A stretch of 64,000 bases of DNA, taken from positions 223,442-287,441 of the forward strand of contig CAZSVP010000001.1 in the NCBI GenBank assembly GCA_964610335.1. The letters run 5' to 3'. The notes beneath the pieces were generated by a model that saw only the letters and a list, made by a program, of their open reading frames with translations, was not told the DNA's origin and did no database searches. Numbering within the stretch: the first letter of the stretch is position 1; each line of letters opens with the position of its first letter. Both the position numbers and the translations under genes were made by a program. Source of the DNA: an uncultured Candidatus Saccharibacteria bacterium. Its GTDB lineage: Bacteria > Patescibacteriota > Saccharimonadia > CAILAD01 > BJGX01. Shown here in pieces: positions 41,865 to 50,799 of the stretch.

Positions 41865-41873
41865 AATAACTAC

Positions 41874-41909
41874 AAGAAAAAGACCCTTTTTTGAAAGGGT
41901 CTTTTTCTT
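41874..41909. terminator. Bidirectional intrinsic terminator
   Basis: AAGAAAAAGACCCTTT...AAAGGGTCTTTTTCTT between convergent genes. Confidence 0.8.
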
Positions 41910-42214
41910 TATAGGTTTACATCTGGGTATTTGTCTCTGGCTTCATCAAGCTTAGCTCGTGCCTCGGCAAAGCTAGCACGTACTTTGGCGCGCTCGGCAT
42001 CTTTGGCATTAGCTCTAGACTCTGGGTCCACCCCATGACCTTGATCAATTGCAGCCTCGCTTGGCGATCTTTCTGGCTGAGCAGCAAGCCTAGCTGCATG
42101 CTCAGACGCCAGCCTGGCTTGCTCAGCCCTACGTGCAGCTGCCTCATCAGTCAGCTCGGCACGCGCCTTGTCGGCCGGTGTTTGGTTGAACAAATTTCCT
42201 TGTTCTACAGTCAT
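41909..42214 (-). CDS. Hypothetical Ala/Glu/Arg-rich protein
   Basis: TATAAT 6 nt before ATG 42214; divergent from polA. Confidence 0.6.
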   Translation of the reverse strand: MTVEQGNLFNQTPADKARAELTDEAAARRAEQARLASEHAARLAAQPERSPSEAAIDQGHGVDPESRANAKDAERAKVRASFAEARAKLDEARDKYPDVNL

Positions 42215-42257
42215 GTATACATTATACATCGTATCTGACAACAGGTATAATGTAGCT

Positions 42258-45080
42258 ATGACCAAACGCTCCAAATTCGTTATATTTGATGGCCACGCAC
42301 TACTTCACCGTGGCTTTCATGCTATTCCTTACCTTACCAACAAGGAAGGTTTGCCTACCAATGGAGTGTATGGCTTTGTGCAGATGATGCTCAATGCCTT
42401 ACGTGAGCTCAAACCCGAGTACGTTGCAGTAGCTTGGGATATGCCAGGTAAGACATTCCGTCACGATAAGTACGAGGCCTACAAGGCTACTCGCAAAGAG
42501 ACCGATCCAGACTTGGTGGCGCAGTTTGATACTACTCGTGAGCTAGTAGCGGCATTTAATATCCCATTGATTGGAGTAGAGGGTTATGAGGCTGATGATG
42601 TGATTGGCACCTTGGTAGAGCAGTATCAAGCCAAACACGATGTAGTGGTTGTCACGGGCGACATGGATGAGCTGCAGCTAGTGAGCCCAACCACCAAGAT
42701 CTACACATTGCGCAAGGGATTTAGCGATACAGTCATATACGATGAAGCCGCAGTGATGGATAAGTACGGAGTGAGTCCTCAGGAGTTTATAGTTTACAAG
42801 GCGCTCAAAGGCGACAGCAGCGATAATATCCCAGGTGTAGCTGGCATCGGCGACAAAACAGCTACAGAATTGGTTTCAGCCTACCATAGCCTTGATAACA
42901 TGTATAAAAATCTTGATCAAATCAAGCCAGCTGTAGCGCGCAAGCTTGAGGCTGGTCGCGAACTGGCCTATATGAGCGAAGATCTGGCTACAATTGAGCG
43001 CAATGTCCCAATCGAGTTTGATATGAAAAACGCCGTAATTCACGACTATGACAAACAGAAGGTATTTGATCTGTTTCACAAACTAGAGTTCAAGAGTTTG
43101 CTCAACCGTTTGCCTGCCCACATGGTTGGGGATAGTAAGTTTGTAGCTGAAGATCCTACTATTCAAGAGAAAACTTTCAACCGCAAGCATCTAGACACAT
43201 CGCGCTATCATGGAGTGACCTCCGAGTCGGAGTTGGATAGTTTGGTGGCTTTGCTATCCAAACAGAAGATCATCGCCTTTGACACTGAGACAACCTCCGA
43301 AGACCCAATCGACGCGCGGTTAGTTGGTATGAGCTTTGCTACGAAAGAGGGGGAAGCTTATTACATACCACTCACTCATGTCAAAGCCGACAACTTGGTC
43401 AAGGCGACGAAGGCCAAACAGACCAGTTTGCTGGAGCGAGAAGATGGCGACTTTGAGCTAGCCGAGGGGCAGTTGTCGGTGGCGACAGTGATAGATAAGC
43501 TCAAGCCGGTACTTGAGTCATCTAAGATTGGCAAGGTAGGTCACAATATCAAGTACGACTATGTGGTGATGCGCGAGCATGATATTACACTTGCTCCAAT
43601 TGTGTTTGACACTATGGTAGCCGCATACTTAGTCAACCCCAACGGCCGAGCACAAGGGCTGAGCCAGCTGGCCTATAGTGAGCTTGGTATAAGCATGATC
43701 GATATCGAGGAGTTGATAGGTAAGAAAGGGCGTGGCCAGCTGTGCTTTGATTGTGTACCAGTTGCAGATGCTATCAAATACGCCGCTGAAGATGCCGACA
43801 TCACACTACGGCTGTACAACAAACTTGTCCAACAAATCACTACTGAACCTACTGGCAGCAAAATGTTGGCTAAATTGGCTGACGTAGCCGAATGGCCGCT
43901 CATACCTGTGCTGGGTGAGATGGAATTGGCAGGTATTAAGCTAGATACAGATTTTCTGGCCAAACTATCAATCCAATACGACAAGCAGATCGATGCTGTG
44001 CAACAAAAAATCTGGAAGTACGCTGGCGGACAGTTCAACATTAGCTCACCTGCACAGGTACAAGAAATATTATTTGATACCCTCAAGATAGACTCGTCGG
44101 GGCTCAAGAAGACCAAGACTGGTATAAGCACCGCAGCTAGTGAGCTTGATAAACTACGCGGCAAACATCCGGTGGTGGATTTGATGTACGAGTATCGTGA
44201 GCTCACCAAGCTCAAAAGCACTTATATCGACGCGCTGCCACTGTTGGTCAAAGATGATGGTCGACTGCATACTAGCTTTAATCAAACCATTGCTCAAACT
44301 GGTAGGCTTAGCAGCACCAATCCAAATTTGCAAAACATACCCATACGTACCGAATTGGGTCGTGAGATTCGCCAAGCCTTTGTGGCTGAGCCAGGTAAGG
44401 TATTGGTAAGTGCCGACTACAGTCAGATTGAACTGCGATTGGCTGCTGAGCTCAGTGGCGACAAGCCTATGATTGAGGATTTTAAGAGTGGCACGGATAT
44501 TCATACTCTTACTGCTGCCGAGATGTTTGAGGTTGAGCCAGACAAGGTCACTAGTGAGCAGCGTAGGGCTGCCAAGACCATCAATTTTGGAGTTCTATAT
44601 GGTATGAATCCGCATGGGTTGTCAGTAGCGACCGGCTTTGACTATGCTCAAGCCAAAGAATTTATTGATCGCTACTTTGAGCTGCGTGACGGTGTGGCTG
44701 CCTACATAGCCAAGCTCAAGAAGCAGGCACATGACCAGCAATATACCGAGACTTACTATGGCCGCCGTCGGCCATGTCCAGATGTAAGGTCGAGTAATTT
44801 TGCTATTCGAGCTGCCGCCGAGCGCGCCGCGGTAAACATGCCGCTTCAGGGTACGGCCGCGGATATGATGAAGCTTGCCATGGTGTCTATAGCTCCCCAG
44901 CTACCAGAAGGTGCTAAGCTGTTACTACAGATACACGACGAACTTATCGTGGAGTGTGACAAAAAACTTGCCAAGCAAGTAAGTGAGCTGATGGTAGCTG
45001 AGATGAAGGCAGTTGCGCCGAAGTTTAGTGTGCCGATCGAGGTAGATACTGAGGTCGCAACCAACTGGGGTGAGCTGTAA
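42258..45080 (+). CDS. polA: DNA polymerase I
   Basis: 5'-3' exonuclease (EADD, GDSSDNIPGV), FDTET, ADYSQIELR and QIHDEL motifs. Confidence 0.97.
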   Translation: MTKRSKFVIFDGHALLHRGFHAIPYLTNKEGLPTNGVYGFVQMMLNALRELKPEYVAVAWDMPGKTFRHDKYEAYKATRKETDPDLVAQFDTTRELVAAFNIPLIGVEGYEADDVIGTLVEQYQAKHDVVVVTGDMDELQLVSPTTKIYTLRKGFSDTVIYDEAAVMDKYGVSPQEFIVYKALKGDSSDNIPGVAGIGDKTATELVSAYHSLDNMYKNLDQIKPAVARKLEAGRELAYMSEDLATIERNVPIEFDMKNAVIHDYDKQKVFDLFHKLEFKSLLNRLPAHMVGDSKFVAEDPTIQEKTFNRKHLDTSRYHGVTSESELDSLVALLSKQKIIAFDTETTSEDPIDARLVGMSFATKEGEAYYIPLTHVKADNLVKATKAKQTSLLEREDGDFELAEGQLSVATVIDKLKPVLESSKIGKVGHNIKYDYVVMREHDITLAPIVFDTMVAAYLVNPNGRAQGLSQLAYSELGISMIDIEELIGKKGRGQLCFDCVPVADAIKYAAEDADITLRLYNKLVQQITTEPTGSKMLAKLADVAEWPLIPVLGEMELAGIKLDTDFLAKLSIQYDKQIDAVQQKIWKYAGGQFNISSPAQVQEILFDTLKIDSSGLKKTKTGISTAASELDKLRGKHPVVDLMYEYRELTKLKSTYIDALPLLVKDDGRLHTSFNQTIAQTGRLSSTNPNLQNIPIRTELGREIRQAFVAEPGKVLVSADYSQIELRLAAELSGDKPMIEDFKSGTDIHTLTAAEMFEVEPDKVTSEQRRAAKTINFGVLYGMNPHGLSVATGFDYAQAKEFIDRYFELRDGVAAYIAKLKKQAHDQQYTETYYGRRRPCPDVRSSNFAIRAAAERAAVNMPLQGTAADMMKLAMVSIAPQLPEGAKLLLQIHDELIVECDKKLAKQVSELMVAEMKAVAPKFSVPIEVDTEVATNWGEL

Positions 45081-45103
45081 GATTGTATTAATTTTTCTTG
45101 AAT

Positions 45104-45143
45104 GCTCTCCCAAAAACCTAATGTTTTAGATCTTAGGGAGAGC
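45104..45143 (-). terminator. Terminal hairpin of islet unit A
   Basis: GCTCTCCC...GGGAGAGC stem. Confidence 0.6.
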
Positions 45144-45192
45144 GACAATCACGACGTTTCGGACGGCCCCTCTCCTTGTTTGTCATGGGTGA

Positions 45193-45378
45193 CTAGGCCA
45201 TGAACCCGGTGAGAACGAATGCGATGCCGATTGGCATCATGAAGTTGCCAGCCGCCGCTGGGGCGAGCCACTCTGCCTTGAAGTGGTTCTCGGTCAGCAT
45301 GAGTCGGCCAATCTGCCATTGCAGACGTACTCCTTCTGTGAACAGCAACACGCCGAATACCGCGAACATGAGTCTCAT
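45193..45378 (-). CDS. Small two-TM protein (islet A)
   Basis: SD AAAGGAG; ATGA coupling. Confidence 0.6.
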   Translation of the reverse strand: MRLMFAVFGVLLFTEGVRLQWQIGRLMLTENHFKAEWLAPAAAGNFMMPIGIAFVLTGFMA

Positions 45379-45752
45379 GACTCATCTCCTTTCGAGCGCT
45401 CCACGATCTTGACGTGACGTGGTTGGTGGTGGCGACGCGGAGAATCGTGGTGCGGGCGGGTTTGCTTGGGCGTCGGGCGCAACGGCTCGTCGTTCCATCG
45501 ACGGTAGATGTTGTCTACCTGGCGTGGGCAGTCGTTGAGTAGATCATTGGCGATGTAGAAGCTGATGGCGCTGACCGGGGTCATGAGCACCTTCAGCCAC
45601 ACCGGCCAGTCGAGAGCTCCGAACCAGGCGAGTGGCGCGGTGGCCGCCACGATTCCGAACAGCACGATCGGAAACCACAAGATCAGATGTGCACCCGTCA
45701 CGTAGCAGTACCAGCTGATCTCACCGATCACTTCGTTGAACTTGCTCTTCAT
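45375..45752 (-). CDS. Two-TM protein (islet A)
   Basis: SD AGGAGG before ATG 45752. Confidence 0.65.
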   Translation of the reverse strand: MKSKFNEVIGEISWYCYVTGAHLILWFPIVLFGIVAATAPLAWFGALDWPVWLKVLMTPVSAISFYIANDLLNDCPRQVDNIYRRWNDEPLRPTPKQTRPHHDSPRRHHQPRHVKIVERSKGDES

Positions 45753-45760
45753 GTGTCCTC

Positions 45761-45910
45761 CTAGCGGACTGTTGTGGTTTGCTGTCCGACCCCACCGGGA
45801 TTGAACGGCTTTGGCGGGGTTGGTTGTTGAGCTGCGATCCAGGTCACTATCACCGTGCAAATGAGCCCGATGACGATAAACCAGATGAATCCTCTGAGGC
45901 AGCCTTTCAT
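45761..45910 (-). CDS. 49-aa single-TM peptide (islet A)
   Basis: SD AGGAG, ATGA coupling; MKGCLRGFIWFIVIGLICTVIVTWIAAQQPTPPKPF... Confidence 0.6.
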   Translation of the reverse strand: MKGCLRGFIWFIVIGLICTVIVTWIAAQQPTPPKPFNPGGVGQQTTTVR

Positions 45911-46146
45911 GGGCCATACTCCTGGTAGGTGGAAGGTGAGTGTGGCTTACGGCTTTCGATAACGAACATCGTGGCCATAAATACCACGAGCAGACCAGCA
46001 AGCAAACCAAACGACAACTTGCGAAGTCGTATGGCCCGCTTGGTCTGACTGCAATATGCCCAGATTGTTACACCGAGCATTCCCATCCACCCTAACATAG
46101 AGACCAATCCAATGGTCCCCAGAGCTATGTTTGTCTCTGTGACCAT
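45907..46146 (-). CDS. Two-TM small protein (islet A)
   Basis: SD AAGGG before ATG 46146. Confidence 0.6.
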   Translation of the reverse strand: MVTETNIALGTIGLVSMLGWMGMLGVTIWAYCSQTKRAIRLRKLSFGLLAGLLVVFMATMFVIESRKPHSPSTYQEYGP

Positions 46147-46218
46147 CGGGTATCCCTTCTTGTCGTGATTGTCGAGGTGTTCGCAAACCCAAAAAAATCC
46201 AGATTCGCGATCTGGCCA

Positions 46219-46247
46219 ACTATACCATAATTTGTTCAACTTGTCTA
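46219..46247 (-). promoter_or_regulatory. sigma70 promoter of islet A
   Basis: TAGACA-N17-TATAGT with TGn extension. Confidence 0.65.
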
Positions 46248-46370
46248 CTCTCCCAAAACGTTCAAACCTTGAACACTTTGGGAGAACGACAACCAACTGT
46301 TGTGTCCTCGCCCGGCCAGTATCTTATCGCGGCCGGTATGGGGGATGTTAGCAGTACTTTCTTGTTTCTG

Positions 46371-46949
46371 CTAGCACGTTTGGCCTGGTCGCGTGGTCGA
46401 TGTGCCGTATGGAAGGCACATGTTGTCGACCTTGCCCTGTCGCTGCGTCGTGGTCGGAGCCAGGCAGCTGTCGGGCTGCACTACCACGATGGCTGAAATC
46501 GTGCCATTTGGATCCATCGATTGGATGGTGTTCTGTGTGCATGGATCAGCCTTGTACGCTTCGGCCGGCGTTGGGATCTCGGGCTGAACATCTGGCACTG
46601 GGCACTTCCCGGTTGGAACCGTGAACTTTGGTAGTTCGTGGTTCCAACCGTCAATGAATGCCGTGTCGGCCAGGTATCGGAACCTGATCTTGCAGGTACC
46701 ATTGTCCAACAGGCCTTGGATCTCGGCGAGCGCCAACGTCATACCACTCACCTGGTAGCTCGGTGGCTTTTCGCAGCCGCTGGGGCCACACCCTTTTTCT
46801 TGGGGAGGGACCAACGGGTTGTTGAGCGGCGATTGCGAGTCACCGATGGTGGTCGGGCTCTTCACGGCGTCGTCGTTGGCAGCGGGCTGGCCGTTGCACG
46901 CGGTGCACACGAAGAACAGAGTGGACAGGACTAGGATGAGCCGTTTCAT
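46371..46949 (-). CDS. Cys-rich putative lipoprotein (islet B)
   Basis: MKRLILVLSTLFFVCTAC lipobox-like signal; SD GAAAGGTGGTG. Confidence 0.7.
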   Translation of the reverse strand: MKRLILVLSTLFFVCTACNGQPAANDDAVKSPTTIGDSQSPLNNPLVPPQEKGCGPSGCEKPPSYQVSGMTLALAEIQGLLDNGTCKIRFRYLADTAFIDGWNHELPKFTVPTGKCPVPDVQPEIPTPAEAYKADPCTQNTIQSMDPNGTISAIVVVQPDSCLAPTTTQRQGKVDNMCLPYGTSTTRPGQTC

Positions 46950-47034
46950 GGCTCACCACCTTTCATTTTTGTTGGTTGTCGTTGTGGGGTGCTTGCTGGT
47001 TACCTGTTGGATAGGGAAATCAACAAACGCCAAT

Positions 47035-47063
47035 ATGTTATCATAATTTATACAATTTGTCAA
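47035..47063 (-). promoter_or_regulatory. sigma70 promoter of islet B
   Basis: TTGACA-N17-TAACAT. Confidence 0.7.
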
Positions 47064-47115
47064 GTACATTACACTCCACTTGATACTTCTGTCTTGATAC
47101 TTAATACTTGATAGC

Positions 47116-48006
47116 ATGCCAGAACTACCAGAAGTAGAAATAGTTCGTCAGGGTTTGCAGCAGTATACTGCTGGCAAGCAGATTAAGGCTATCAAATCAG
47201 ATTGGCCGAAGTCGTTGCCGGTAAGCGATGTTGATGCGAAAAAGCATATAGTAGGTGCTAACATCAAATCTGTAGATAGACGAGCCAAGGTGCTCTTGAT
47301 ACATCTGAATAATGGTTATACCCTCATGTGTCATCTCAAGATGACCGGGCAGCTAGTGTTTGTAAGCAAGACCGAGCACTTTGGTGCTGGTCACCCCAAC
47401 GACAGCTTAATAGCCAAGCTTCCAGATCGCTCGACGCGGGTAAATATTACCTTTACAGATAGTAGCCACCTGTATTTCAACGACCAGCGCAAGTTTGGTT
47501 GGATTAAGCTAGAAAAGACTGAGGGGATAGATGATCGAGTAGATTTTTTGCGCAAGCTAGGCCCCGAGCCCATCTCCGAACAATACAACTTTGATGCTTT
47601 CAAAGCAGCTCTTCAGCGTCGGTCACGCACCACTATCAAAGCTGCAATTCTAGATCAGACAGTGATAGCCGGGGTAGGCAACATCTATGCCGACGAGGGT
47701 CTGTTTGCGGCTCGGATCCATCCGGCTACCAAGGTTGCAGATGTGAGTACCATCAAGCTCAAACGTCTCTTCGAAGCTTTGCGCGAGGTGATGTTACTTA
47801 GTATCAAACATGGTGGCAGTAGTGACCGTAATTATGTGAATGCCAAGGGAGAGAAGGGGAGTTATCTACGCTTTGCCAAGGTGTTTCGTCGCGAGGGTCA
47901 ACTATGCCCGGAATGTGGTGGTGAGATTGTGAAGATTCGCGTAGCTGGCCGTGGTACTCATATCTGTCCAAAGTGTCAAAAGCTGCCGAGAGGTAGCAAG
48001 AAATGA
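47116..48006 (+). CDS. mutM: Formamidopyrimidine-DNA glycosylase
   Basis: MPELPEVE, HLKMTG, GVGNIYADE and C-terminal zinc finger. Confidence 0.97.
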   Translation: MPELPEVEIVRQGLQQYTAGKQIKAIKSDWPKSLPVSDVDAKKHIVGANIKSVDRRAKVLLIHLNNGYTLMCHLKMTGQLVFVSKTEHFGAGHPNDSLIAKLPDRSTRVNITFTDSSHLYFNDQRKFGWIKLEKTEGIDDRVDFLRKLGPEPISEQYNFDAFKAALQRRSRTTIKAAILDQTVIAGVGNIYADEGLFAARIHPATKVADVSTIKLKRLFEALREVMLLSIKHGGSSDRNYVNAKGEKGSYLRFAKVFRREGQLCPECGGEIVKIRVAGRGTHICPKCQKLPRGSKK

Positions 48007-48935
48007 TCCTGTACTACTACGGCGACAATGAGTTTGGAATTGCCCAGGGCGTAAGAGAGTTGCGGCAAAAGTATATCGACAAGGTCGGTGATGAGTTGGA
48101 GTACGAGCGATTTGATGTAGCAGCAGCAGGGATACATAGTTTGCTCGATATGATAGCAACAGTGCCGATGTTTGCCACCAGTCGGCTAGTAGTTGTAGAC
48201 AATTTGAGCGCCGCCAAGCCAGAAGATGCCCAGCTCAAGACATTGATAGCCAGTGCCGACGCCACTACGGTGATAGTGGTGGTCGATCCAAACCCAGATA
48301 AGAGAAGCCGAGTCTACAAACAATTGAGCAAGCTCAAAGGTGCCAAGGCTTATCACAAGCTATCTCGGCCACAGCTAGTCAAGTGGCTACAAGCTACGGC
48401 TCAGCACAATGGAGCCGAGCTAGATCCAGCCACAGCCTCGTACCTGGTTGATTGGGCTGGCGATGATCAGTGGAAGCTTTACAATGAACTGCTTAAGATT
48501 GCAGCCAATACCACTGGTATCGACAAAAAGCTGATTGAACAACTTGTCAGTCCAAGTGTGGAAGCAAGTGGGTTCAAGATGCTTGATGCCTTATTTATGC
48601 CAGATGTATCTAAGCTGCTGGCGGAGTATGATCGTATGCTTGCAGATTCACAGAGTGATCAGCAGACTATCGGCCTGCTCAATTGGCAATTGAGGGTATT
48701 GGCGCTGGCACGAGAGGGTATGGAGTCTGGTAACAGTGATTGGATCAAAGATAACCGCATAGCACCATTTGTGGCCCAAAAGGCTCAGGCGTATGCGAAG
48801 AAGCTTACGATGCACCAGATCACTGATGCCTACGATTTACTTGTACAAGCTGACTTTGCGATCAAATCCAAGGGTTTGCCAGCCGAATCTACTGTGCGAC
48901 AGGCACTACTAGAACTGCATAGTTTGCTAAATTAG
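48003..48935 (+). CDS. holA: DNA polymerase III delta subunit
   Basis: YYYGDNEF, PMFATSRLVVV, NELLK and DFAIKS motifs; near rpsT. Confidence 0.85.
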   Translation: MILYYYGDNEFGIAQGVRELRQKYIDKVGDELEYERFDVAAAGIHSLLDMIATVPMFATSRLVVVDNLSAAKPEDAQLKTLIASADATTVIVVVDPNPDKRSRVYKQLSKLKGAKAYHKLSRPQLVKWLQATAQHNGAELDPATASYLVDWAGDDQWKLYNELLKIAANTTGIDKKLIEQLVSPSVEASGFKMLDALFMPDVSKLLAEYDRMLADSQSDQQTIGLLNWQLRVLALAREGMESGNSDWIKDNRIAPFVAQKAQAYAKKLTMHQITDAYDLLVQADFAIKSKGLPAESTVRQALLELHSLLN

Positions 48936-49029
48936 TTGCAATGGTGGCTGTCACAGATCGTCGTTGTAATCGTACAATAGATTTAAGCCGACCACTGGTA
49001 GTTGGCTTCGACGTCGATTGGGGGAGTAC

Positions 49030-49263
49030 GTGCTTTCTTGGAAGGTTAAACGAAATCGAGTGACGCGCGTACACTCTGGTTTTGATGAAAGTGGTGTGTT
49101 TAGTGCGCGCATTGTACAGGAGCGCAGTAGCAAGGTGACCAACCTCAAGCTATTTTGCCCGCCGACTCGACTTGTTCAGACATTCGAGTACCGAGATGTG
49201 GCTCGGGCAAGGCGTTGCGCAGAAGAGTTTCTGGCCAACAGTGGCAATCGGAGGGGAGGGTAG
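49030..49263 (+). CDS. Hypothetical protein (islet)
   Basis: TACAAT promoter, 5' hairpin AAGCCGAC...GTTGGCTT, SD GGGGGAG then GTG. Confidence 0.55.
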   Translation: MLSWKVKRNRVTRVHSGFDESGVFSARIVQERSSKVTNLKLFCPPTRLVQTFEYRDVARARRCAEEFLANSGNRRGG

Positions 49264-49264
49264 T

Positions 49265-49492
49265 GTGTTTAGCTTGGTGCCATCCGAAGAAGGTGTTGTC
49301 CCGGCCCATTTCAGTTTTTACTACCAAGGAGAACTGGCAGGAGTGATCAACGTACTGGGGCACGGTGTTTACGATGCAATAGCACATGGCGATGGGCTAC
49401 CAGTTCAACTCAACCAAGACGGGCCAGTCACTCTTAGTGAAGCCCGACAACTGTTGCAAGTCTGGGCGACAGGACACAGTCGACAGAAGTAG
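49265..49492 (+). CDS. Hypothetical protein (islet)
   Basis: SD GGGGAGG then GTG 49265; hairpin follows the stop. Confidence 0.55.
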   Translation: MFSLVPSEEGVVPAHFSFYYQGELAGVINVLGHGVYDAIAHGDGLPVQLNQDGPVTLSEARQLLQVWATGHSRQK

Positions 49493-49609
49493 GGCTCGGG
49501 GAAGGACCTCCGGGTCCTTTCTCATTTAGCCTATGCTTGTAGTGATTGATTAAACCAGGCATTATTAGTAAGACCAATCATCCGTCAAAGTCACCAAGGA
49601 GGTGTAATA

Positions 49610-49936
49610 GTGCACGGATGGAGTACCAAATACAAAGCCGATGAGCCACACAGTTTCCAGTTGCACCTTCTCAATCGGTGCCAGACTGACGGGAGAGATC
49701 GACACGACGGCTGTGTGGTAGAGATGGAGCAAACTGGTCGTTTCTACCCCATGACATCATGGGGCTACATGCTGCCAGACGACTCGTGGTTGGAGGGGCC
49801 AGATGCCTTGGCTGTAGCCAAGCAACTGGTGGAGAAGGCACATCAGGCGACTTGTGATGGCCTGACAGAATCGGAAGCGGTGGAATTTGCCCTTCAAGTC
49901 GTTGCTCACGAGCCGCACCAAAACGCATCCAAGTAA
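49610..49936 (+). CDS. Hypothetical protein (islet)
   Basis: SD AAGGAGGTG; hairpin 49967-49997 followed by a T-tract. Confidence 0.65.
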   Translation: MHGWSTKYKADEPHSFQLHLLNRCQTDGRDRHDGCVVEMEQTGRFYPMTSWGYMLPDDSWLEGPDALAVAKQLVEKAHQATCDGLTESEAVEFALQVVAHEPHQNASK

Positions 49937-50044
49937 CAACCAGCTATGCAATGCTGGTCAGTGAATGAGGTTCGAGAAGGGGTCCTTCTCGGGCCTCTTC
50001 TTGTTTTTTATGGCAACTAAAAAACCATCTAAAAATATCAACTA

Positions 50045-50396
50045 TGTCATGCCGGACTCGATCCGGCATCTCAAGCTATTTTTGGGTATAGGTCTTGGTA
50101 ATTTGGGTTATCTTTCTCTATAAGTTCTTGTTTCCAGGATCTATGCCATCGCTTCAATTTCTTTTCCCTAAGAATTGCATTCTTAGGGTCATCAAAAACC
50201 TCAAGATATACCAACTTTGTGACATTGTATTTATCTGTAAAACCCTCGACAAGGTGGTTTTTGTGTTCGTAAGTACGACGGACAAGATTGCTTGTGATAC
50301 CAACGTACAAAACAGAATTTCTAGAGTTGGAAAGAATATAGACGTAATAGTTTTTCTTCATATTACAAAAGACCCCGGATCAAGTCCGGGGTGACA
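50045..50396. mobile_element. GIY-YIG mini-element with 26-bp hairpin terminal inverted repeats
   Basis: Left TGTCATGCCGGACTCGATCCGGCATC and right GACCCCGGATCAAGTCCGGGGTGACA tightly flank the gene. Confidence 0.6.
50071..50361 (-). CDS. GIY-YIG nuclease family protein
   Basis: YYVYIL...LYVGIT...REKKLKRW...NP pattern. Confidence 0.9.
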   Translation of the reverse strand: MKKNYYVYILSNSRNSVLYVGITSNLVRRTYEHKNHLVEGFTDKYNVTKLVYLEVFDDPKNAILREKKLKRWHRSWKQELIEKDNPNYQDLYPKIA

Positions 50397-50398
50397 AT

Positions 50399-50758
50399 TT
50401 ATTTCTTGGCTGTGGGTTTTTTGGTAGCTGGCTTCTTGGCGGCAGCTTTCTTAGTAGTGGCCTTCTTGGCTGTGGCCTTGCCGGTGCCGTAGGCAGCTGG
50501 AGCAGCGCCGTTGTAGGCTAGCGTTAGGCGAGATTTGCGTCGGGCAGCGGTGGATTTGTGTAATACACCTTTTTTGACCGCGCGGTCAATCTCAGAGATA
50601 GCAGCGACTAGCTCAGCCTCGGTCTTGATAGTACCGGCGGCTATAGCATCACGTACTGCTTTGGTCTTCTTGTGTACCGCAACCTTCACGTTTGTGTTGT
50701 AAACGCGGTTTTTCTGGGCTTGGCGGTTGCGCTTGATAGCTGACTGAATAATTGGCAT
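50399..50758 (-). CDS. rpsT: 30S ribosomal protein S20 with K/A-rich tail
   Basis: SAIKRNRQ and IDRAVKKGVLHKSTAARRKSRL motifs. Confidence 0.93.
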   Translation of the reverse strand: MPIIQSAIKRNRQAQKNRVYNTNVKVAVHKKTKAVRDAIAAGTIKTEAELVAAISEIDRAVKKGVLHKSTAARRKSRLTLAYNGAAPAAYGTGKATAKKATTKKAAAKKPATKKPTAKK

Positions 50759-50799
50759 AGGGCTCATCATAGCTTATTTACCCTGGTTTGTAAAGGGTT

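Noticed and set aside
45104-47063. Integron attC cassette array
   Set aside because: The hairpins lack RYYYAAC/GTTRRRY ends, each unit has its own promoter, and there is no intI in the window.
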